A DNA stretch of 64,000 nucleotides, taken from the human T2T-CHM13v2.0 reference genome, Homo sapiens. The stretch is taken from the NCBI RefSeq assembly GCF_009914755.1, contig NC_060933.1; one strand, 5' to 3'. The translations under genes were made by a program, and so were the position numbers. The notes beneath the pieces were generated by a model. That model was given only the letters and a program-made list of their open reading frames with translations, searched no databases and was not told the DNA's origin. Below, in pieces: positions 31,061 to 40,151 of this stretch; the stretch's first letter is position 1, and every line of letters starts with the position of its first letter.

Positions 31061-31758
31061 GCCTAGGAGCAATAGGGTGTATCATATAGCCTCGGTTTGC
31101 AGTAGGCTATATCATCTAGGTACGTGTAAGTACATGTGAAGATGTTCACACAATGACAAAATTGCCTAATAACACATTTCTCAGAGCATACCCCAGTTAA
31201 ATTCTTACAGGATCTTTGGGATGTCACTTTTCTGGCCTGAAACCTACTGCTAGTGGTGCATTTTCCTGAGTTTTGCTTGGGTCCACTGGGATCATTCTGC
31301 CCACTCAGCCTGGCAGGCTGCACTTGGCTTATGCTACTGGCCTGAATCCCGTGCCTACCGAGGGAGACTGCATGGAGCAGCGAGAAGTGTGTGAGTGAGT
31401 GTGGGATCTGGCCACTGCACGGTCAGAGACAGTGGCTGCCGCAGTAGGGTGGGCAGCTCCAGGTGCTAGCATGGGCACTGGCTCTCTGCCAGGCTATGGC
31501 TGGACCAAGCACACTGCAAGAAGCTTCCATGGCTGGCACCAGGGGACACGGTAGCACCCAGCAGCTTGGAGGCAGGAGGAAACCTAGGGCCCCAAAGAGG
31601 GAGTCACAGTTCTTTGGCTTGGGGACCTCCTAGGTCTGGGCTCCCCAGAGAATCACAGCTCTTCTTTTTTTCTCTTTGCCCACTTTGTGGTGAGCAAGGG
31701 GCATGTCTCAGCCCTGTTTAGATTACAGCTCTTTTAGCCTCACTCAGCGGGTCCTGAG

Positions 31759-32208
31759 TGTCAGGCCTCTGAGCCCAAGCCAAGCCATCACATCCCCTGT
31801 GACTTGCACATATACACCCAGATGGCCTGAAGTAACCGAAGAATCACAAAAGAAGTGAAAATGCCCTGCCCCGCCTTAACTGATGACATTACACCACAAA
31901 AGAAGTGAAAATGGCTGGTCCTTGCCTTAAGTGATGACATTACCTTGTGAAAGTCCTTTTCCTGGCTCATCCTGGCACAAAAAGCTCCCCCACTGAGCAC
32001 CTTGCTATCCCCACTCCTGCCCGCCAGAGAACAAATCCCCTTTGACTGTAATTTTCCTTTATCTACCCAAATCCTATAAAACGGCTCCACCCTTATCTCC
32101 CTTCCCTGACTCTCTTTTCAGATTCAGCCCGCCTGCACCCAGGTGATTAAAACTTTATTGCTCACACAAAGCCTGTTTGGTGGTCTCTTCACACGAACGC
32201 GCATGAAA
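31759..32208 (+). promoter_or_regulatory. 5' LTR7 (type I)
   Basis: TGTCAGGCCTCTGAGCCC start, duplicated CACAAAAGAAGTG block, TATAAAA at ~32075, ATTAAA at ~32146. Confidence 0.93.
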
Positions 32209-32210
32209 TT

Positions 32211-32228
32211 TGGTGCCGTGACTTGGAT
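32211..32228 (+). promoter_or_regulatory. Primer-binding site (tRNA-His)
   Basis: TGGTGCCGTGACTTGGAT, one mismatch from the His PBS TGGTGCCGTGACTCGGAT. Confidence 0.92.
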
Positions 32229-32659
32229 CAGGGGACCTCCCTTGGGAGATCAATCCCCTGTCCTCCTGCTCTTTGCTCTGTGAAAAAGATCCACCTACGA
32301 CCTTGGGTCCTCAGACCCACCAGCCCAAGGAACATCTCATCAATTTTAAATCAGATAAGTGGCCTCTTCTTACTCTCTTCTCCAACCTCTCTCACTATCC
32401 CTCAACCACTTTCTCCTTTCAATCTTGGCGCCACCCTTCAATCTCTCCCTCTCTTAATTTCAGTTCCTTTCCTTTTCTGGTGGAGACAGGAGATGCGTTT
32501 TATCCGTGGACCCAAAACTCCGGCGCCGGTCACGGACTTGGGAAGACAGTCTTCCCTTGGTGTTTAATCACACGGGGATGCTTGCCTGATTATTCACCCA
32601 CGTTTCAGAGGTGTCTGACCACACGGGGATGCTTGCCTTGGTCCTTCACCCTTAGCAGC

Positions 32660-33060
32660 AAGTACCGCTTTTCTGGGGGGCAAGAAACCCCTCAAGCCCT
32701 TCTCTCCATGTCTCTACCCTTTCTCCGCTTTTCTGGGAGGCAAGAGCCCCCCAACCCCTTCTCCTTCACCCTTAGAGCAAGTACCACTTTTCCAGGGGGC
32801 AAGAACCCCCCAACCCCTTCTCTCCGTGTCTCTACCCCTTCTCTGCTTTTCTGGGGGCAAGAACCCCCCGATCCCTTATTTCCGTGCTCTGACCTCTTAT
32901 CTCTACACCCCAACCTTTTATCTCTGTGCCCCAACCCCTTATTTCCATGCCCCGACCTCTTATCTCTGCGCCCTAACCCCTTATTTCTGTGCCCTGACCC
33001 CTTTCCCGCTTTTCTGGAAGGTAAGAACCCCCAAACCCCTTCCCTCCGTGTCTCTGTCTT
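32660..33060 (+). repeat. C-rich tandem repeats of the HERV-H leader
   Basis: Repeated gcttttctggg.gcaagaacccccc and ccccttatttc/cctcttatctct units. Confidence 0.8.
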
Positions 33061-33084
33061 TTCTCTGGGCTTGCCTCCTTCACT

Positions 33085-34337
33085 ATGGACAACCTTCCAC
33101 CCTCCATTCCTCCTTCTCCCTTAGCCTGTATTCTCAAGAACTTAAAACCTCTTCAACTCACACCTGACCTAAAACCTAAATGCCTTATCTTCTTCTGCAA
33201 CACTGCTTGGCCCCAATACAAACTTGACAATGGCTCTAAATGGCCAGAAAACGGCACTTTTGATTTTTCCATCCTTCAAGATCTAGATGATTCTTGTCGT
33301 AAAATGGGCAAATGGTCTGAGGTGCCTGACATCCAGGCTTTCTTTTACACATTGTTCCCTCCCTACTCTCTGTTCCCAATGCGACTCGTCCCAAATCCTC
33401 CTTCTTTCCCTCCCACCTGTTCTCTCAGTCCCAACCCCAAGCATCACTGAGTCTTTCTAATCTTCCTTTTCTACAGACCCATCTGACCGCTCCCCTCCTC
33501 CCCAGGCTACCCCTTGCCAGGCTGAGCCAGATCCCTATTCTTCCTCAGCCTCTACTCCCCAACCCTATAATCCTTTTATCACCTCCCCTCCTCACACCCG
33601 GTCCAGCTCACAGTTTCTCTCTGTGACTAGCCCTCCCCCACGTGCCCAGCAATTTCCTCTTAAAAAGGTAGCTGAAGCTAAAGGCATAGTCAAGGTTAAT
33701 GCTCCTTTTTCTTTATCCGACCTCTCCCAAATCAGTTAGTGTTTAGGCTCTTTCATCAAATATGAAAAACCCAGCCCAGTTCATGGCTCATTCGGCAGCA
33801 ACCCTGAGACGCTTTACAGCCCTAGACCCTAAAACGTCAAACGGCCATCTTATTCTCAATATACATTTTATTACCCAATCCGCTCCTGACATTAAATAAA
33901 AACTCCAAAAATTAAATTCTGGCCCTCAAACCCCACAACAGGACTTAATTAACCTCACCTTCAAGGTGTACAATAATAGAGTAGAGGCAGCCAAGTAGCA
34001 ATGTATTTCTGAGTTGCAATTCGTTGCCTCCACTGTGAGACAAACCCCAGCCACATCTCCAGCACACAAGAACTCCAAATGCCTGAACTGCAGCTGCCAG
34101 GGGTTCCTCCAGAACCTCCTCCCCCAGGAGCTTGCTACAAGTGCCAGAAATCTGGCCACTGGGCCAAGGAACGCCCACAGCCCGGGATTCCTCCTAAGCC
34201 GCATCCCATCTGTGCAGGACCCCAGTGAAAATCAGACTGTTCAACTTACCTGGCAGCTACTCCCAGAGCCCCTGGAACTCCGGCCCAAGGCTCTCTGACT
34301 CCTTCCCAGAGCTTCTCGGCTTAGCAGCTGAAGACTG
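33085..34337 (+). pseudogene. gag: HERV-H gag, disabled
   Basis: MDNLPPSIPPSPLACILKNL..IFFCNTAWPQY..WPENGTFDF; zinc knuckle CYKCQKSGHWAKER at ~34133-34175 (last Cys lost); stops and frameshifts. Confidence 0.88.
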
Positions 34338-34379
34338 ACACTGCCCAATTGCCTCGGAAGCCTACAGGACCATCACAGG

Positions 34380-37300
34380 TGCTCTGGGTAACTCTCACAG
34401 TGGCGGGTAAGTCCGTCCCCTTCTTTGTGAATACGGAGGCTACCCACTCCACATTACCTTCTTTTCAAGGGCCTGTTTCCCCTTGCCTCCATAACTGTTG
34501 TAGGTATTGACGGCCAGGCTTCTAAACCTCTTAAAACTCCCCAACTCTGGTGCCAACTTAGAAAACATTCTTTTATGCACTCTTTTTAAATTATCCCCAC
34601 CTGCCCAGTTCCCTTATTAGGCTGAGACATTTTAACTAAATTATCTGCTTCCCTGACTGTTCCTAGGCTACAGCTGCATCTCATTGCCGCCCTTCTCCCC
34701 AACCCAAAGCCTCCTTTGCATCTTCCTCTCGTATCCCCCCACCTTAACCCACAAGTATGGGACATCTCTACTCCTTCCCTGGCAACCGATCACATGCCCA
34801 TTACCATCCCATTGAAACCTAATCACCCTTACCCCGCTCAATGCCAATATCCCATCCCACAGCACACTTTAAAAGGATTAAAGCCTGTTATCACTCACCT
34901 GCTACAGCATGGGCTTCTAAAACCTATAAACTCCCCTTACAATTCCCCCATTTCACCTGTTCTAAAACCAGACAAGGCTTATAGGTTCAAGATCTGCGCC
35001 TTATCAACCAAATTGTTTTGCCTATCCACCCCATGGTGCCAAACCCATATACTCTCCTATCCTCAATACCTCCCTCCACAACCCATTATTCTGTTCTAGA
35101 TCTCAAACATGCTTTCTTTACTATTCCTTTGCACCCTTCATCCCAGCCTCTCTTCGCTTTCACTTGGACTGACCCTGACACCCATCAGGCTCAGCAAATT
35201 ACCTGGGCTATACTGCCGTAAGTCTTCGCAGACGGCCCCCTTTACTTCAGTCAAGCCCAGATTTCTTCCTCATCTGTTACCTATCTCGACATAATTCTCA
35301 TAAAAACACATGTGCTCTCCCTGCTGATTGTGTCTGAATAATCTCCCAAACCCCAATCCCTTCTACGAAACAACAACTCCTTTCCTTCCTAGGCATGGTT
35401 AGTGCAGTCAGAATTCTTACACAAGAGCCGGGGCCACAACCTGTAGCCTTTCTACCGAACAACTTGACCTTACTGTTTTAGCCTAGCCCTCATGTCTGCA
35501 TGCAGTGGCTGCCACTGCTTTAATAGTTTTAGAGGCCCTAAAAATCACAAACTATGCTCAACTCACTCTCTACAGTTCTCATAACTTCCAAAATCTACTT
35601 TCTTCCTCCCACCTGATGCATATACTTTCTGCTCCCCGGCTCTTTCAGCTATACTCACTCTTTGTTGAGTCTCCCACAATTACCATTGTTCCTGGCCTGG
35701 ACTTCAATCCAGCCTCCCACATTATTCCGGATACCACACCTGACCCTCATGGCTGCATCTCTCTGATCCACTTGACGTTCACCCCATTTCCCCACATTTC
35801 CTTCTTCCCTGTTTCTCACCCTGATCACACTTGGTTTATTGATGGCAGTTCCACCAGGCCTAATCGCCACTCACCAGCAAAGGCAGGCTATGCAATAGTA
35901 TCTTCCACATCTGTTATTGAGGCTACGGCTCTGCGCCCCTCCACTACCTCTCAGCAAGCCGAACTAGTTGCCTTAACTCAGGCCCTCACTCTTGCAAAAG
36001 GTACTACACATCAATATTTATACAGACTCTAAATATGCCTTCCATATCCTCACCACCATGCAAGAGGTTTCCTCACTACACATGGCTCCTCTATCATTAA
36101 TCCCTCTTTACTAAAAAAACGCTTCTCAAAGCCGCTTTACTTCCAAAGGAAGCTGGAGTCATTCTCTGCAAGGGGCATCAAAAGGCATCAGATCCCATTG
36201 CTCTAGCAATGCTTATGCTGATAAGGTGGCTAGACAAGCAGCTAGCATTCCAACTTCTGTCCCTCATGGCCAGTTTTTCTCCTTCACATCGGTCACTCCC
36301 ACCTACTCCCCCGCTGAAACTACCACCTATCAATCTCTTCCCACACAAGGCAAATGGTTCTTAGACCAAGGAAAATATCTCCTTCCAGCCTCACAGGCCC
36401 CTTCTATTCTGTTGTCATTTCATAACCTCTTCCATGTAGGTAATAAGCCGCTAGCCCGTCTCTTAGAACCTCTCATTTCCTTTCCATCATGGAAATCTGT
36501 CCTCAAGGAGATCACTTCTCAGTGTTCCATCTGCTATTCTACTCCTCCTCAGGGATTGTTCAGGCCCCATCCCTTTCCTACACATCAAGCTCGGGGATTT
36601 GTCCCTGCCCAGGACTGGCAAATTGACTTTACTCACATGCCCCGAGTCAGAAAACTAAAATACCTCTTAGTCTGGGTAGACACTTTCACTGGATGGGTAG
36701 AGGCCTTTCCCACAGGGTCTGAGAAGGCCACCGCGGTCATTTCTTCCTTTCTGTCAGACATAATTCCTCAGTTTGGCCTTCCCACCTCTATACAGTCTGA
36801 TAACGGACCAGCCTTTACTAGTCAAATCACCCAAGCAGTTTCTCAGGCTCTTGTTATTCAGTGAAACCTTCATATCCCTTACCATCCTCAATCTTCAGGA
36901 AAGGTAGAATGGACTAATGGTCTTTTAAAGACACACCTCACCAAGCTCAGCCTCCAACTTAAAAAGGATTGGACAGTACTTTTACCTCTTGCCCTTCTCA
37001 GAATTAGAACCTGTCCTTGAGATGCTAAGGGTACAGTCCATTTGAACTTTTATATGGACGTACTTTCTTGCTTGGCCCCAACCTCATCCCAGAGGCCAGC
37101 CCTCTAGGCGACTATCTTCCAGTCCTCCAACAGGCTAGACAGGAAATTCACCAGGCTGCTAATCTTCTCTTGCCTACTCCAGATCCCCAGCCATATGAAG
37201 ACACCCTAGCTGGATGATCAGTTCTTGTTAAGAATCTGACCCCTCAAACTCTACAACCTCGATGGACCAGACCCTACTTAGTCATCTATAGTACCCCGAC

Positions 37301-37456
37301 TGCCGTCCACCTGCAGGATCCTCCACACTGGGTTTACCGTTCCAGAATAAAGCTGCGTCCATCAGACAGCTAGCCTAATCCCTCTTCTTCCTCCTGGAAG
37401 TCGTAAGTACTCTCCCCTACTTCCCTTAAACTTACTCATATTTCTGAAGAACAGTA
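34380..37456 (+). pseudogene. pol: HERV-H pro-pol, disabled and internally deleted
   Basis: Protease NTEA in place of DTGA; [26 protein letters not shown]; no YxDD; RNase H WFIDGSS; integrase WQIDFT, DTFTGWVEAFP, QSDNGPAF. Confidence 0.9.
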
Positions 37457-37752
37457 ATATCCCTTATGAGCCTAATACATCCCTTCATTCTATTAGGTCT
37501 GTTCGTCCTTACCCTACTTTTTGCAACAGGGCTTTACGAAGTCACCCCCACCACTTAGGCCAAGCCCCAAAAAACTAGTCATCCCTACTATTTTCTGTCT
37601 AGTCATACTCCTATTCTCCGTTCTCAACTACTTATAAATGCCCTACTCTTGTTTACACTGCCAGTTTACACTGTTTCTTCAAGCCATCACAGCTGATATC
37701 TCTTGGTGCTATCCCCAAACCACCACTCTTAACTCCCTCTTAGAGTGAATAG

Positions 37753-39539
37753 ATGATCTTTGCTGGCAGGGCACCCTCCAATACTTCCACGCTGATGAAG
37801 TTCTATTCTTTACTTCTATACTCACTCTTATTCTCATTCCCATTCTTATGCCATCCTTTACCTCTCCCCAGCTATCTCCACCACACTATCAACCTTACCC
37901 ATTCTCTCCTAGCCACTTCTAATCCCTCCTTAGTGAACAACTGCTGGCTTTGCATTTCCCTTTCTTCCAGTGCCTACACAGCTGTCCCTGCCTTACAGAC
38001 AGACAGACTGGGCAATATCTCCTGTCTCCTTACACCTCCGAACTTCCTTTAAGAGCCCTCACCTTTACCCTCCTGAAGAACTCATTGACTTTCCAGACAG
38101 GTCCAGCAAGACTTCCTCAGACATTTCACATCAGCAAGCTGCCACCCTCCTCCGCACTTATTTAAAAAACCTTTCTCCTTATATTAACTCTACTCCCCCC
38201 ATATTTGGACCTCTCACAACACAGACTACTATTCCTGTGGCAGCTCCTTTGTGTATCTCTCAGCAAAAACCCACTGGAATTCCCCTAGGTAATCTTCCAC
38301 CTTCTCGATGTTCCTTTACTCTTCATCTCTAAAGCCCAACTACACACATCACTGAAACAACTGGAGCCTTCCAGCTCCATATTACAGACAAGCCCTCTAT
38401 CAATACTGACAAACTTAAAAATATTAGCAGTAATTATTGCTTAGGAAGACACTTGCCCTGTATTTCACTCCATCCTTGGCTACCTTCCCCTTGCTCCTCA
38501 GACTCTCCTCCCAGGCCCTCTTCTTGTTTACTTATACCCAGCCCCAAAAGTAACAGTGAGAGGTTGCTCGTAGATACTCAATGTTTTCTCATACACCATG
38601 AAAATTGAACCTCCCCCTCTACACAGTTACCCCATCAGTCCCCATTACAACCTCTGACGGCTGCCGCCCTAGCTGGATCCCTAGGAGTCTGGGTACAAGA
38701 CACCCCTTTCAGCACTCCTTCTCACCTTTTTACTTTGCATCTCCAGTTTTGCCTCGCACAAGGTCTCTTCTTCCTCTGTGGATCCTCTACCTACATGTGT
38801 CTACCTGCTAATTGGACAGGCACATGCACACTAGTTTTCCTTACCCCCAAAATTCAATTTGCAAATGGGACCAAAGAGCTCCCTGTTCCCCTCATGACAG
38901 GACTAAAGAGCTCCCTGTTCCCCTCATGACACTGACACGACAAAAAAGAGTTATTCCACTAATTCCCTTGATGATCGGTTTAGGACTTTCTGCTTCCACT
39001 ATTGCTCTCGGTACTGGAATAGCAGGCATTTCAACCTCTGTCACGACCTTCTGTAGCCTGTCTAATGACTTCTCTGCTAGCATCACAGACATATCACAAA
39101 CTTTATCAGTCCTCCAGGCCCAAGTTGACTCTTTAGCTACAGTTGTCCTCCAAAACCGCCAAGGCCTTGACTTAGTAACTGCTGAAAAAGGCAGACTCTG
39201 TATATTCTTAAATGAAGAGTGTTGTTTTTACCTAAATCTATCTGGCCTGGTGTATGACAACATAAAAAAACTCAAGGATAGAGCCCAAAAACTTGCCAAC
39301 CAAGCAAGTAATTATGCTGAACCCCCTTGGGCACTAATTGGAAGTCCTGGGTCCTCCTAATTCTTAGTCCTTTAATACCCATTTTTCTCCTTCTTTTATT
39401 CGGACCTTGTATCTTCCGTTTAGTTTCTCAATTCATCCAAAATCATATCCAGGCCATCATCAATCATTCTATACGACAAATGTTTCTTCTAACATCCCCA
39501 CAATATCACCCTTTACCACAAGATCTCCCTTCAGCTTAA
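37753..39539 (+). pseudogene. env: HERV-H env, full span but disabled
   Basis: MIFAGRAPSNTSTLMKFYSLL signal region, CWLC, furin site RQKR (38938-49), fusion peptide, ISD LQNRQGLDLVTAEKGRL, CX6CC, tail ..QDLPSA*. Lesions at ~38000, 38330, 38606, 38868-38931 and ~39335. Confidence 0.93.
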
Positions 39540-39688
39540 TCTCTCCCACTCTAGGTTCCCACGCCGCCCCTAATCCCGCTTGAAGCAGCCCTGAGAAACA
39601 TCGCCCATTCGCTCTCCATACCACCCCCAAAAAATTTTTGCTGCCCCAACACTTCAACATTATTTTGTTTTATTTTTCTTATTAATAT

Positions 39689-39701
39689 AAGAAGGCAGGA
39701 A
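39689..39701 (+). promoter_or_regulatory. Polypurine tract
   Basis: AAGAAGGCAGGAA directly before the 3' LTR. Confidence 0.85.
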
Positions 39702-40151
39702 TGTCAGGCCTCTGAGCCCAATCCAAGCCATCGCATCCCCTGTGACTTGCACATATACACCCAGATGACCTTAAGTAACTGAAGAATCACAAAAGAAGTG
39801 AAAATGCCCTGCCCCGCCTTAACTGATGACATTCCACCACAAGAGAAGTGAAAATGGCCAGTCCTTGCCTTAAGTGACGACATTACCTTGTGAAAGTCCT
39901 TTTCCTGGCTCATCCTGGCTCAAAAAGCTCCCCCACTGAGCACCTTGAGACCCCCACTCCTGTCCGCCAGAGAACAAATCCCCTTCGACTGTAATTTTCC
40001 TTTACCTACCCAAATCTATAAAACGGCCCCACCCTTATCTCCCTTCACTGACTCTCTTTTCGGTCTCAGCCCACCTGCACCCAGGTGATTAAAAGCTTTA
40101 TTGCTCACACAAAGCCTGTTTGGTGGTCTCTTCACATGGACATGCATGAAT
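39702..40151 (+). promoter_or_regulatory. 3' LTR7
   Basis: Direct repeat of 31759-32208 with about 30 differences; ATTAAA at 40088-93. Confidence 0.93.

Larger units (their letters stand above)
31759..40151 (+). mobile_element. HERV-H provirus, 8.4 kb, env-retaining and pol-deleted
   Basis: Two LTRs, tRNA-His PBS, gag/pro/pol/env remnants, PPT, and a 5-bp TSD CTGAG (31754-58) / CCGAG (40152-56). Confidence 0.97.

Noticed and set aside
25927-31758. The two MER52 LTRs as ends of one provirus
   Set aside because: They have separate TSDs, and the intervening DNA has no recognisable retroviral internal sequence.
32273-33124. 283-aa pre-gag ORF as a novel protein
   Set aside because: Non-ATG start, and it runs through C-rich low-complexity leader repeats that are depleted of stop codons.
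37753-39539. Coding-competent, syncytin-like env
   Set aside because: At least two stops and three frameshifting indels.
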